Source: Candidatus Omnitrophota bacterium (GTDB lineage Bacteria > Omnitrophota > Gorgyraeia > Gygaellales > Profunditerraquicolaceae). Taken from it: a stretch of DNA of 64,000 nt. Positions within the stretch are counted from its first letter, which is position 1. Each line of letters starts with the position of its first letter. The position numbers and the translations under genes are program-made. Below, in pieces: positions 42,166 to 52,285 of the stretch. A model generated the notes under the pieces. It worked only from the letters and a program-made list of their open reading frames with translations, searched no databases and had not been told where the DNA came from. The stretch is from contig WOZK01000017.1 in the NCBI GenBank assembly GCA_011620275.1, forward strand, positions 3,237-67,236, written 5' to 3'.

Positions 42166-43068
42166 ATGCCCGCTCAGAAGACACCTGAAGTATTGATCAT
42201 CGGCGCTACTAACGCCGGCTTCGCGGCTTGCAGCAGTCTCGCCGCGGTGAAGCCGGACTGGAAAGTGACCCTTTTGGCTCAGGACGATGATTTGCCGTAT
42301 AACTGCGACCTTTTGCCGGATTACCTGGAAGGGAAAATGAGCAAACGTGAAATTCTCCTATGCGAAGAAAGTTTCTTTTCCGGGCATAACGTGGAATTAA
42401 TCCGTTCCGCTGCGGTCAGCGGGATTGATTTCTCCAGGCAGAGGGTGTATCTGCGGAACAACCGCAGGCTGGCTTACGATTATCTTATCATTGCCGGCGG
42501 CCGCAAACCGGCGCTGGACATCCCGGGGAAGAGCAAAGAAGGGGTTTTCGTTTTCTTCGGCCTTTCCGACACGGATGAGATTAGGCGGAGGCTTTCCATA
42601 CCCGGCAACGTGGTCGTTTGCGGCAGGAGCGACGACTCCCGGAGGCTTGCCGGTCTCTTTTCTTCCGCAGGCAGGACGGTGAAATTGCTGCTGAAAGAAG
42701 GCGGCGAATCTTCCAATATCCCGGGTGATAACCCGGAGATCCTCAGCGGAACCGATATTGTAGAGATCATCGGAGAGGGGAAAGAATTGAAAGCGGTCAG
42801 GTTGAGCGGAGGAAAGATAGTCGAAGCAGCTTCCGTGATTTTTTGCCGGCGCGGCAATCCCTGTATGGACTTTGCCGCCGGAGGAGAAGCGGAAATCGAG
42901 AACGGGCGGATAAAAACCGGCGAGAATCTGCGCGCCGGGATTGAGAATGTTTTTGCCTGCGGGGAGGCTGCGGCTGAATCGGGCGCGGAAGATGCGCGCC
43001 TGCAGGGGATCAGGGTCGCCGATGAGATACTCGCGGCCGAATCCGGCAAAACCGAAGCGGTCGTGTGA
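42166..43068 (+). CDS. Pyridine nucleotide-disulfide oxidoreductase-like protein with degenerate FAD/NAD(P) dinucleotide-binding motifs
   Basis: Pyr_redox_2-like fold motifs (LPYNCDLLPDYL, C-terminal GE..A). Both GxGxxG motifs are degenerate (IIGATNAGFAA; VVVCGRSDDS). Sits between metF and acsB. Confidence 0.6.
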   Translation: MPAQKTPEVLIIGATNAGFAACSSLAAVKPDWKVTLLAQDDDLPYNCDLLPDYLEGKMSKREILLCEESFFSGHNVELIRSAAVSGIDFSRQRVYLRNNRRLAYDYLIIAGGRKPALDIPGKSKEGVFVFFGLSDTDEIRRRLSIPGNVVVCGRSDDSRRLAGLFSSAGRTVKLLLKEGGESSNIPGDNPEILSGTDIVEIIGEGKELKAVRLSGGKIVEAASVIFCRRGNPCMDFAAGGEAEIENGRIKTGENLRAGIENVFACGEAAAESGAEDARLQGIRVADEILAAESGKTEAVV

Positions 43069-43093
43069 CCGTTTTGCCACGGGAGAAATACGG

Positions 43094-45277
43094 ATGTCTT
43101 CAATAATAGCTGAGCTTGGGGAAAAAGGGACGAAGGCGGTTCTGGCTTTAACGCGCGCGGAAACCGAGAGACTGGTTAAAGAGCGCGGGGCCGGGACGGC
43201 TCTGGAATTCCCGGGGACAAATTATTCCCTTCCTTTGATAAAGGCGCTCTTGAACGAAGAGGTGCGCACTTTGGGCGACTGCGGCCTCATTATTACGGAG
43301 GCCGAGAAACTCGCGGCGGGAAATCCGGCCGGCAACGGGCTTTTCCTTTCGGCAGCGGGAGGGCTGCTGAACAAAGGACTGGCAGTTCTTTTATGCGAGG
43401 AACTGCTTGCGTCTTTCCGATATCTTGAAGGAGGGCATCCCCAGCCTGAAACGGCCGGGTTCCTTTCCGATAATCTCCTTCGTTCTCTCGGCATCCAGCT
43501 GGTTGACGGCCGTATTTCCGGTATCGCGGTGATCGCCGGCCCGGCCAAAGACGCGGATTCGGCCGTGCGCCTGATACGCGATCTGCAGTCAAAAAGCATC
43601 GTAAGCCTGCTTGCCGGCAGCGCCGGCGGCGCGAGCATGCTCAAACAGCTGGCAGATTCCGGTATCGCGGTTGGGCTGGACAATTACATAGTGCCTCTGG
43701 GCGCGGATTATCTTTCCGTTATCTACGCCGTTGACTGGGCGGTGAGGGCGCCTCTGACATACGGCGGGCATAAATGCGGACAGTGGAAAGAGATACTTTC
43801 TTATACAAAAGAGAAAGTCCCTGCTTTCGTTATCCTTTTAAGCCATGTGGACGAGATTATCACTGCTACCGGGTTGGGGGCCCTGGCTATGGGGTTTCCC
43901 ATAATTACCGATCTCGATATCCCCGAGGTACCCAAACTGGAGACCACTCTTTACGAGGCCCTGGTACGCCAGAGCGATTATTCCGCCATCGCGTCCGCCT
44001 GCATACAGACGCGCGGCATAAAGGTTAAGGTTTCCGAGGTCCCAGTTCCGGTGCCTTATGCCGCGGCCTTCGAAGGGGAACGCGTCAGACGGGATCAGCT
44101 TCACGCGGAATTCGGCGGCAAAAGCAGTCTGGCTTTCGAGTACCTCCACAGCAGCCCGCTGCGGGAAGTGGAAGACGGTAAAGTGGAGATACTCGGGCCG
44201 GATATAGACGCGCTGCCGAAAGGCGGCAGGTCTTTGCCGCTGGCCTTGATTGTCGAGGTGGCGGGCAGGCGCATGCAGAAGGATTTTGAGCCTATACTCG
44301 AGCGCCAGATACACCGCTTCGTGAATTACGCCATGGGTATAATGCACGTCGGCCAGCGCGATATGAATTGGATACGCGTCTCCAAAGACGCCTTTTCCAA
44401 AGGGTTCCGTCTCAAGCATCTGGGTGTCATATTGCACGCCATGCTGCACCAGGAATACCAGGCTATAGTGGACAAGGTGCAGGTGAAGATATATACCGAA
44501 AAGTCCGAGGTGGAAAAGCTTTTGCCGACGGCCGTAGGGAGTTTCGCGGAAAGGGACGAGCGTTTGGGCGGGATGACCGATGAGAGCGTGGATACCTTTT
44601 ATTCCTGTCTGCTCTGTCAGTCTTTCGCTCCCAATCACGTCTGCATAGTAACTCCGGAGAGGCTGGGGTTGTGCGGCGCGTATTCCTGGCTGGACGCCAA
44701 GGCCTCCTACGAGATTACGCCCACCGGCCCCAACCAGCCCGTTCTCAAAGGCAGGATTCTGGACGAGCGCGCCGGCCAGTGGGGGAACATAAACGAATTC
44801 GTCTATTTGAAGTCCAACAAAACCGTGGATAAGGTAAGCATGTATTCTCTGCTGGACGCCCCGCAGACTTCCTGCGGGTGTTTTGAGTGTATAGTGGCCG
44901 TGTTGCCGGAAGCCAACGGTGTGATGGTCGTTCACCGGGACCATATCGGTATGACCCCCTGCGGAATGACGTTCACCACCTTGGCCGGTTCGGTGGGGGG
45001 AGGAGTGCAGACGCCCGGTTTCCTCGGAGTCGGGAAACTGTATATTGCCAGCAGGAAATTCATCTCCGCCGAAGGCGGGTTGAAGAGGGTGGTCTGGATG
45101 CCGAGAGAGCTAAAGGAAATGCTTGCCGAACGCCTGCGCCGGCGCTGCGAAGAGCTCGGCGATCCCGGGTTGTTCGATAAGATAGCCGATGAAGATGCGG
45201 CGGTAAAAATCGAGGAACTCCTGGAATTCCTTGCGAAAGCCGGGCATCCGGCATTGGAGATGCCGCCGTTGTTTTGA
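43094..45277 (+). CDS. acsB: Acetyl-CoA synthase catalytic subunit (ACS, A-cluster-containing AcsB/CdhC-type)
   Basis: About 728 aa. CxxC-x8-C-x9-C (CLLCQSFAPNHVCIVTPERLGLCGA) [4Fe-4S] ligands plus a CGC (TSCGCFEC) Ni-site motif. GGAG RBS before the ATG at 43094. Confidence 0.85.
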   Translation: MSSIIAELGEKGTKAVLALTRAETERLVKERGAGTALEFPGTNYSLPLIKALLNEEVRTLGDCGLIITEAEKLAAGNPAGNGLFLSAAGGLLNKGLAVLLCEELLASFRYLEGGHPQPETAGFLSDNLLRSLGIQLVDGRISGIAVIAGPAKDADSAVRLIRDLQSKSIVSLLAGSAGGASMLKQLADSGIAVGLDNYIVPLGADYLSVIYAVDWAVRAPLTYGGHKCGQWKEILSYTKEKVPAFVILLSHVDEIITATGLGALAMGFPIITDLDIPEVPKLETTLYEALVRQSDYSAIASACIQTRGIKVKVSEVPVPVPYAAAFEGERVRRDQLHAEFGGKSSLAFEYLHSSPLREVEDGKVEILGPDIDALPKGGRSLPLALIVEVAGRRMQKDFEPILERQIHRFVNYAMGIMHVGQRDMNWIRVSKDAFSKGFRLKHLGVILHAMLHQEYQAIVDKVQVKIYTEKSEVEKLLPTAVGSFAERDERLGGMTDESVDTFYSCLLCQSFAPNHVCIVTPERLGLCGAYSWLDAKASYEITPTGPNQPVLKGRILDERAGQWGNINEFVYLKSNKTVDKVSMYSLLDAPQTSCGCFECIVAVLPEANGVMVVHRDHIGMTPCGMTFTTLAGSVGGGVQTPGFLGVGKLYIASRKFISAEGGLKRVVWMPRELKEMLAERLRRRCEELGDPGLFDKIADEDAAVKIEELLEFLAKAGHPALEMPPLF

Positions 45278-45324
45278 TTGGAGCGCGCGGAGTATCCGCG
45301 CCGCAAGCAAATAAAATTTTTTTC

Positions 45325-45352
45325 TTGACGTTTGCGCAAAATCAAATATAGT
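45325..45352 (+). promoter_or_regulatory. Sigma70-like promoter (TTGACG-16 nt-TATAGT)
   Basis: TTGACG 45325-45330, TATAGT 45347-45352, upstream of the TPR gene. Confidence 0.5.
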
Positions 45353-45385
45353 ATAAACTTAATGAACGACACGGAGAGTTTCGGG

Positions 45386-46204
45386 ATGACTTGTAGGATC
45401 GCGGGTTTTCTGGCGGCATTCGTATTCTTGGTATCCCGGCAGGCAGCCTCTTTTTCCGGCGGACAGCTTCAGACTACTTTACAGGACCAGGCGCGCGCTT
45501 ATCGCGTGGAGGGACTGCGGTATCAGAAGGAAAGCAACCTTGAACAGGCCTCCGCGTGTTACCAGAAGGCCATTTCACTGAATCCCAATTTTGTGGAGGC
45601 TTACAACGACCTCGGTATACTTTATGAAGCCAACGGCAGGCTGGAAAAGGCAAAGGATATGTACCTGCGCGCTATCGAGGTCGCCCCGAATTACCCGAGC
45701 AGCTACGCCAACATGGCTCTTTTATACGAAGGGCAGGGCGATTACATAAACGCCGTTCTTTACTGGATAAAAAGGGCCACTCTGGGCGGCCCGGGCGATC
45801 CCTGGGCGGACAAGGCCAGAAAAAGGCTCGAAGGTATAGCAAGCGTATATCCCGAGGCTTACGGTAAAATAGAAGCGCGGTACAAGGCCAACCTGCAGAA
45901 AGAGATGATGCAGGCTTCTCCGGCCGCAGCTGCCGCGGTATACAGCGATCTGGACAGCGATCTTTACGAGACCGATTATTCTCAATCCCCCGTGACCCTG
46001 TTCGAGGATGAGCTTAGCCAGGACCAGAAGTCGCTGGACAACAGGAGCAGGGCGATAACCTATCTTACCCGCGCCAAGGAAAGTTACGATAAAGGGGAAT
46101 ACGTGACCGCATTAAAAGAAGCTACCGTAGCAGAATATCTCGATTCTTCCAATAAGGAGATCAGTTCCTTTATTGAGCAGGTTCGCAGAACGCTCTTACA
46201 ATAA
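45386..46204 (+). CDS. TPR-repeat protein with N-terminal signal peptide
   Basis: Several TPR units (AYNDLGILYEANGRLEKA...) and a hydrophobic N-terminus. Start is ambiguous (45332, 45362 or 45386). Confidence 0.65.
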   Translation: MTCRIAGFLAAFVFLVSRQAASFSGGQLQTTLQDQARAYRVEGLRYQKESNLEQASACYQKAISLNPNFVEAYNDLGILYEANGRLEKAKDMYLRAIEVAPNYPSSYANMALLYEGQGDYINAVLYWIKRATLGGPGDPWADKARKRLEGIASVYPEAYGKIEARYKANLQKEMMQASPAAAAAVYSDLDSDLYETDYSQSPVTLFEDELSQDQKSLDNRSRAITYLTRAKESYDKGEYVTALKEATVAEYLDSSNKEISSFIEQVRRTLLQ

Positions 46205-46244
46205 GGACTGCGGATTACCATACCTTTCCTTAATGTTTTAAATA

Positions 46245-48785
46245 ATGCAGACACTCGAGCAGTTGTATTTGTTTGACGCCACCGCATTTTATTACCGCGC
46301 GTTTTACGCCCTTCAGGGATTAAGTACTTCTTCCGGGTTGCCTGTGGGCGCAGTCTACGGCTTCATCAATATGCTGAACAAGGTGTTGAAATCCGGCAAG
46401 GTAGGGTCTGTCGTGCTGTGTTTCGACGTCTCGCGTAAGACATTTCGTTCCGAGAAATTCGCGGAATACAAGATACAGCGTCCGCCGATGCCCGAGGGGC
46501 TTGTTTCGCAGCTGTCTTTGATCAGGGAAGCGGTATCCGCTTACCGTTTCCGCGTCTGTGAGCTGCAGGGATATGAAGCGGACGATCTTCTCGCGGCCCT
46601 GAGCAAAAAAGCTTCGGCGGCGGGTATAAGCACCGTGATCGTCAGCCCGGATAAGGATATTTTGCAGCTGGTGGACGGGCATACTTTGGTGCTGAATCCT
46701 TATAAAGGCAGAGGCGTTCTTTATGACGCGGCGGCGGTGGAAAAGGATTTTGGCGTTTCCCCTTGTTTTGTTCCGCAGGTCCTGGCTCTGATGGGCGATC
46801 AGAGCGATAATATTCCCGGAGTTCCCGGTATAGGGCAGAAGACGGCGGTCGCTCTCTTGAAGGAACACGGTTCCCTGGAGGAGATATTAGCCCATCCGGA
46901 GCGGATAAAGCAGGAAAAGATCAGAAATGCGGTCGCAGCCGGCGGAGATATGATCCGGCTTAATCTGGAACTGGTCACGCTGGACGGGAGCGCGCCGGTG
47001 GAACTGGAGCCTGAAGCGTACCGCATAACAGAACCCGACTACGGCAAATTGCGCGAATTATTCACCCGGCTTGAATTCCGTTCTTTGCTCAAGACGCTGC
47101 CGGAACCGTCCGGCGCGGGACAAGAGCAGCCTGTTCCCGGCGGAGACGATGCCGCCTGCGCGGGGAACGGAGATGTTTTTATCCGGCCGCTGGACACAGG
47201 CGGCTTTATGATTTACGCCTGCGGGATGGCTTTTTCTTCGGCCGAGACCGGAGAGAATCTGAAACGAATGCTTGAATCGGACTCAGCGGGCAAATACGGA
47301 CACGACTTAAAGAGAGCGGCCGGGGTTCTGCGTTCGCGCGGCATAATCTTGCGCGGAATGCGTTTCGACAGCATGATAGCCGCTTACTTATTGAATCCTT
47401 CCTCCGGCGGCTATTCTTTCGATGAGGTGTATAACGCCTACGGCGAGGGATTATCCGGGAGCGCCGCCGGAACGGAGGGAATAAGGGGATTGAACGCCCG
47501 TCTCCGGCGCTTGCTGGAGGAGAAGGAATTGCTTAAGCTCTTTGAAGAAATAGAGATGCCGCTGGCGGAGGTTCTCGCCGGGATGGAAGCCGACGGCATT
47601 AAGGTTGACGTATCGGTCCTGCGCGAGCTCTCTTCGGAGATGGAAAGAAAGATTCTCGCGCTCACCTCCGATATTTACGAATGCGCCGGCGGCAGTTTCA
47701 ATATTAACTCGCCGCAGCAGTTGCGGGTCGTGCTGTTCGAGAAACTGAAGCTCCCGGTGCGTAAGAGGACTAAGACCGGTCCGTCCACCGACGAAGAAGT
47801 TCTGCGCGGCCTCGTGAAAGAGCACAAACTGGCGGCGATGCTGCTGGAATACCGCCAGCTCGCCAAACTGAAGTCCACCTACGTAGACGCCCTGCTGAAC
47901 CTCGCGGACAAGGCCACGCTGCGTATACATACGTGTTTTAACCAGACCGGCACCGAGACCGGGCGTTTGAGCTCCAGCGATCCCAATCTGCAGAACATAC
48001 CTGTCAGGAGCGAGTCCGGACGGAGGATACGCAGGGCGTTCGTGGCTTCGGAAACCGGGAACGAACTTTTTTCCTGCGATTATTCCCAGATAGAGCTGCG
48101 CATACTGGCGCATCTTTCCGGCGACAGCGGCATGATCAATGCCTTTGTCGAAGATAAGGATATCCACGCGCATACCGCGTCCTTGATCTACGGCGTGCCG
48201 GAAAAGGACGTGGATGACTCCATGCGCGAGACCGCCAAACGCGTGAACTTCGGTATTATCTACGGGCAGAGCGGGTTCGGCCTCGGGAAAGACCTTGGTA
48301 TCACTTTAAGGGAAGCGGAGTCTTTCATCGACGCTTATTTCCTGCGTTATCCGGGAGTGAAGAAATTCATCGACGACTGTATATCTTTCGCCGAGAGAGA
48401 AGGATTTGTTTCCACGATTCTCGGCAGGAGACGTTACCTGCCGGAAATAAACAGCGGGAATATGGCGGTCAGACAGTTCGCCAGGCGCAAGGCCGTAAAT
48501 ACCCCGGTGCAGGGATCGGCCAGCGACCTGATCAAGGCGGCGATGATCTCTATCCAGAGCTTAATTGCCGAACGGGGACTTCGGTCGCGCATGCTCCTGC
48601 AGGTGCACGACGAACTGATTTTCGACGTGCCGCGCGCGGAAGTCGAGGCGTTTATTCCGGAAGCGGAGAGGATAATGAGGCACGTGCTGGAGCTTTCGGT
48701 CCCGTTGAAAGTGAGCGTCAAAAAAGGCCCCAACCTCTGCGATCTCGAAGATTACGCTCCTGTTTCCCGGGAGACGGATATATGA
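46245..48785 (+). CDS. polA: DNA polymerase I (5'-3' nuclease plus polymerase, with a vestigial 3'-5' exonuclease domain)
   Basis: 5' nuclease N-terminus, Pol A motifs (DYSQIELR, RRxAKxxNFGxxYG, QVHDEL). The Exo I/II/III carboxylates are replaced. Confidence 0.92.
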   Translation: MQTLEQLYLFDATAFYYRAFYALQGLSTSSGLPVGAVYGFINMLNKVLKSGKVGSVVLCFDVSRKTFRSEKFAEYKIQRPPMPEGLVSQLSLIREAVSAYRFRVCELQGYEADDLLAALSKKASAAGISTVIVSPDKDILQLVDGHTLVLNPYKGRGVLYDAAAVEKDFGVSPCFVPQVLALMGDQSDNIPGVPGIGQKTAVALLKEHGSLEEILAHPERIKQEKIRNAVAAGGDMIRLNLELVTLDGSAPVELEPEAYRITEPDYGKLRELFTRLEFRSLLKTLPEPSGAGQEQPVPGGDDAACAGNGDVFIRPLDTGGFMIYACGMAFSSAETGENLKRMLESDSAGKYGHDLKRAAGVLRSRGIILRGMRFDSMIAAYLLNPSSGGYSFDEVYNAYGEGLSGSAAGTEGIRGLNARLRRLLEEKELLKLFEEIEMPLAEVLAGMEADGIKVDVSVLRELSSEMERKILALTSDIYECAGGSFNINSPQQLRVVLFEKLKLPVRKRTKTGPSTDEEVLRGLVKEHKLAAMLLEYRQLAKLKSTYVDALLNLADKATLRIHTCFNQTGTETGRLSSSDPNLQNIPVRSESGRRIRRAFVASETGNELFSCDYSQIELRILAHLSGDSGMINAFVEDKDIHAHTASLIYGVPEKDVDDSMRETAKRVNFGIIYGQSGFGLGKDLGITLREAESFIDAYFLRYPGVKKFIDDCISFAEREGFVSTILGRRRYLPEINSGNMAVRQFARRKAVNTPVQGSASDLIKAAMISIQSLIAERGLRSRMLLQVHDELIFDVPRAEVEAFIPEAERIMRHVLELSVPLKVSVKKGPNLCDLEDYAPVSRETDI

Positions 48786-50185
48786 AAATAGCTTTTTTCA
48801 CGCCGGAAGCCGTTCCTTACGCCAAGACAGGAGGCCTCGCCGACGTCGCCGGTGCGCTTGCCCCGGCATTGTGCGAAGCCGGTAATGAGGTAATAGTTCT
48901 GCTGCCGGCCTACGGAAAGCTCAACGTTCCCGGAGGACGGGCGGAGAGGATATTGCCGGATGTTTCTTTTCACCGGCAGCGCGGGGCGGTTTTTTATTTC
49001 CTGCACAACGACGGCTACTTCCTGCGCGACGGGTTCTACGGTTCGTCCTCGGGGGATTATCCTGATAACCTGGAGCGGTTCGCTTTTTTCTGCCGCCGCG
49101 GCCTGCGGCTGCTCGAACAGCTCGGCTTCAGGGCGGACATTCTCCATTGCCACGACTGGCAGTCGTCGCTTGCCCCGGTTTACCTGAAGTCTGAGGAGAT
49201 TCATAATCCCTTCTTTCGGTCAACCGCCTCGGTATTGACCATACATAATCTGGCTTACCAGGGCATCTTTCCGGCGGAGGACTTTCCTTTTACCGGACTG
49301 CCGGAGGAGATGTTCTCGGTGGATGCGCTGGAATTCTATGGCAAGGTCAATCTTTTGAAGGGGGGATTGATTTTTTCCGATTTTCTGACCACGGTCAGCC
49401 CTACTTACAGCCGCCAGATACAGGGCAGGGAATTCGGCTGCGGGCTGGAAGGCTTACTGAGTAAGCGTTCCGCCGATCTGCGCGGCATATTGAACGGTCT
49501 GGATTATTCGGTTTGGGATCCTTCCTCCGATCCTCTGATAGTTGTTAACTACGACGCGGGAAGACTGGAAGGCAAGGGGGGTAACAAAAAAGCCCTGCAG
49601 AAGGAATGCGGACTGCGGGAAGATCCTCGGGCGCCGCTTCTGGCGGTGGTCTCGCGTCTCGCCGAGCAAAAGGGGGTCGATCTTATCGTTCCGCTTCTGC
49701 CGGAGCTGGCGGCTGCCGGTATGCAGTTCGTGATACTAGGCACCGGTGATGAGAAATATCAAAGGCTGCTCCGTAAGGCCGCGGCCGGCAGTCCGGGCGC
49801 GGTATCCCTGCATTTGAAGTTCGACGAGGCGCTGGCGCACAGGATATACGCCGGTTCGGACATTTTTCTGATGCCTTCGCGGTACGAGCCGTGCGGATTG
49901 AGCCAGATGATATCCCTGCGTTACGGGACGGTCCCGGTGGTCAGCAGCACCGGCGGCCTGGCCGATACCGTGTCCGAGGAAAACGGTTTCGTTATGAACG
50001 GCATATCGGCAAAGGAACTGTCCGTTAAGATTAAAGAAGCAGCGCGTTTGTATGCCGATGCCGGCCGATGGCGCCGGCTTGCCGAGCGCGGCATGGAAAA
50101 ACGTTTCTCCTGGCAGACGTCCGCCGGGGAATATATTTCATTATATGAAAAGATCCTGCAAAGCGGCGTTCGCAGCCGCGCGTAA
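48782..50185 (+). CDS. glgA: Glycogen synthase (ADP-glucose type, GT5)
   Basis: N-terminal PYAKTGGLADV motif and a GT-B C-terminus. Confidence 0.9.
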   Translation: MKIAFFTPEAVPYAKTGGLADVAGALAPALCEAGNEVIVLLPAYGKLNVPGGRAERILPDVSFHRQRGAVFYFLHNDGYFLRDGFYGSSSGDYPDNLERFAFFCRRGLRLLEQLGFRADILHCHDWQSSLAPVYLKSEEIHNPFFRSTASVLTIHNLAYQGIFPAEDFPFTGLPEEMFSVDALEFYGKVNLLKGGLIFSDFLTTVSPTYSRQIQGREFGCGLEGLLSKRSADLRGILNGLDYSVWDPSSDPLIVVNYDAGRLEGKGGNKKALQKECGLREDPRAPLLAVVSRLAEQKGVDLIVPLLPELAAAGMQFVILGTGDEKYQRLLRKAAAGSPGAVSLHLKFDEALAHRIYAGSDIFLMPSRYEPCGLSQMISLRYGTVPVVSSTGGLADTVSEENGFVMNGISAKELSVKIKEAARLYADAGRWRRLAERGMEKRFSWQTSAGEYISLYEKILQSGVRSRA

Positions 50186-50192
50186 ACGTTGC

Positions 50193-50771
50193 GTGATAGG
50201 CGTTACCGGCGGTATCTGTTCCGGCAAGAGCACGATTTCGGCCATGCTCAGAAAAGGCGGGGCGAAAGTGATAGATGCCGACCGCGTCGCTCACAGCGTG
50301 ATAGCGCCCGGTAAACCGGCTTTTGAGAAACTGCTCAAGGCCTTTGGAAAAGGGATACTCCGAAAAGACGGTCGTATAAACCGCAGGGCGTTGGCAGTAA
50401 AGGCGTTCTACGGCGGTAAGGAAACTGCCCTGTTAAACGGCATAACGCACCCTTATATCATAAGAAATATTCGCGGGCGGCTCAAGGAAGCCGCCGGGCT
50501 GATTGTTCTGGATGCGGCCCTGCTTTTGGAGACCGGCCTGTACCGGTTTGTGGATCATCTGGTTTTTGTTAAAGCGTCAGAAGCGCTGCGCCTGGAACGC
50601 GCCTCGCGCTCGAGGGGAATGAAGAAAGAACTCGTGGCGCGCATAATCGCAGCCCAGCCTTCCGTAGTGAAAGCGGAGCGCCTGGCCGATTTTATAATAG
50701 ATAACAGCGGTTCTTTGGAGCAAACGAGGAGACAAGTTGAGAGACTAAGGAGGAAAGTGTGGAGAAATTGA
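50193..50771 (+). CDS. coaE: Dephospho-CoA kinase
   Basis: [14 protein letters not shown]-loop at the N-terminus. GTG at 50193 just after the glgA stop is preferred over the ORF-track ATG at 50052, which would add an 85-aa extension overlapping glgA. Confidence 0.8.
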   Translation: MIGVTGGICSGKSTISAMLRKGGAKVIDADRVAHSVIAPGKPAFEKLLKAFGKGILRKDGRINRRALAVKAFYGGKETALLNGITHPYIIRNIRGRLKEAAGLIVLDAALLLETGLYRFVDHLVFVKASEALRLERASRSRGMKKELVARIIAAQPSVVKAERLADFIIDNSGSLEQTRRQVERLRRKVWRN

Positions 50772-52018
50772 ATATCACTAAATTGAAAGAGATGAAGATT
50801 ACCGAGCTGAACAAGCTGGCTAAAGAGCTGAACATAAACGGTTCCAGCGGCATCAGGAAACAGGACCTGATATTCAAGGTCCTGCAGGCCCAGGCGGAGA
50901 AAGAAGGTTTGATGTTCGGAGAGGGAATACTGGAGATACTGCCGGAGGGGTTCGGGTTCCTGCGGTCGCCGAATTACAATTATCTGCCTTGCCCGGATGA
51001 CATATACATTTCCCCTTCGCAGATAAGAAAATTCGACCTGAAGACAGGGGATACGGTCAGCGGGGAGATACGCCCCCCGAAGGAAGGCGAGAAATATTTC
51101 GCCCTGCTGAAGGTGGAAGCGGTCAATTTCGAGAATCCGGAAACCTGCAAGGATAAGGTGCTTTTCGACAATTTGACCCCGGTCTATCCGCATGAAAGGT
51201 TCATGCTTGAACGCAAACCGGAGGAAATATCGACGCGAGTCATAGATCTGCTGGCGCCCATCGGTAAGGGGCAGCGCAGTCTTATAGTCGCGCCGCCCTA
51301 CAGCGGCAAGACCGTGCTCCTGCAGCGTTTGGCCAATTCCATCACCGGCAACCACCCGGACGTGGTGCTGATTGTTTTGCTCATAGACGAAAGGCCGGAA
51401 GAGGTCACCGATATGCAAAGAAACGTCCAGGGGGAGGTTATCTCCTCTACGTTCGACGAACCTCCGGAGAGGCACGTGCAGGTCTCCGAGATAGTGCTTG
51501 AGAAGGCAAAACGCCTGGTTGAGCACAAGAAGGACGTGGTGATCTTGCTGGACAGTATCACGCGTCTGGCCCGCGCCTACAACTCCGTGGTGCCGCACAG
51601 CGGCAAGGTTCTGTCTGGCGGTATCGATTCCAACGCCCTGCAGAAACCAAAGCGTTTCTTCGGAGCGGCGAGAGCGATAGAGGAGGGCGGAAGCCTCACC
51701 ATCATAGCCACCGCGCTGGTAGATACCGGCAGCCGCATGGATGACGTGATCTTCGAGGAGTTCAAAGGAACCGGTAACATGGAACTGCAGTTGGACAGGA
51801 ACCTGTTCCAGCGCAGGATATACCCTGCCATAGACATAAAACGCTCCAACACCAGGCACGAGGAACTGCTGTTGAAGCCGGAAATACTTCAGCGGGTCTG
51901 GATACTGCGCAAAGTGCTTAATGAATTGAGCAACGTGGAGGCTATGGAACTGCTGATAGAGAAACTGGCCAAGACCAAGAACAACGAAGAGTTTTTAAAC
52001 AGTATGAACCAGAAATAA
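50759..52018 (+). CDS. rho: Transcription termination factor Rho
   Basis: Rho N-terminal/CSD region, RecA-like ATPase with Walker A (APPYSGKT), Q- and R-loops. GTG start. Confidence 0.93.
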   Translation: MEKLNITKLKEMKITELNKLAKELNINGSSGIRKQDLIFKVLQAQAEKEGLMFGEGILEILPEGFGFLRSPNYNYLPCPDDIYISPSQIRKFDLKTGDTVSGEIRPPKEGEKYFALLKVEAVNFENPETCKDKVLFDNLTPVYPHERFMLERKPEEISTRVIDLLAPIGKGQRSLIVAPPYSGKTVLLQRLANSITGNHPDVVLIVLLIDERPEEVTDMQRNVQGEVISSTFDEPPERHVQVSEIVLEKAKRLVEHKKDVVILLDSITRLARAYNSVVPHSGKVLSGGIDSNALQKPKRFFGAARAIEEGGSLTIIATALVDTGSRMDDVIFEEFKGTGNMELQLDRNLFQRRIYPAIDIKRSNTRHEELLLKPEILQRVWILRKVLNELSNVEAMELLIEKLAKTKNNEEFLNSMNQK

Positions 52019-52071
52019 AACCCCGCGTTGCGCGAGGGCAGGAGTTATCGAACGAAAAGGAGAAGGAAGAA

Positions 52072-52278
52072 ATGAAAGAGAAGATACATCCCAAATACGA
52101 AGAAAGCGTGGTTGTCTGCGCATGCGGCAACACCATACATACCCGTTCCACCAGACAAAACATCCGGGTCGAAGTCTGCTCGAAATGCCACCCGTTTTTT
52201 ACCGGGAAGCAGAAGTTCGTGGACTCCGCCGGGCGGGTAGACAAGTTCGAAAAGAAGTACGGCAAGAAAAAAGCCTGA
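52072..52278 (+). CDS. rpmE: 50S ribosomal protein L31 (zinc-binding form)
   Basis: MKEKIHPKY...C.C...CSKCHPF motifs. 68 aa. Confidence 0.92.
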   Translation: MKEKIHPKYEESVVVCACGNTIHTRSTRQNIRVEVCSKCHPFFTGKQKFVDSAGRVDKFEKKYGKKKA

Positions 52279-52285
52279 GAGGCGT

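Noticed and set aside
50052-50192. Long N-terminal extension of coaE proposed by the ORF track (start 50052)
   Set aside because: It would overlap glgA by about 130 nt and add about 47 residues (ATG 50145) or 31 (ATG 50052) with no CoaE similarity. The P-loop begins right after the GTG at 50193, immediately downstream of the glgA stop.
50555-51859. 434-aa minus-strand ORF
   Set aside because: Antisense to rho and coaE, which have unambiguous homology. No motifs, and a codon-position GC pattern consistent with a shadow frame.
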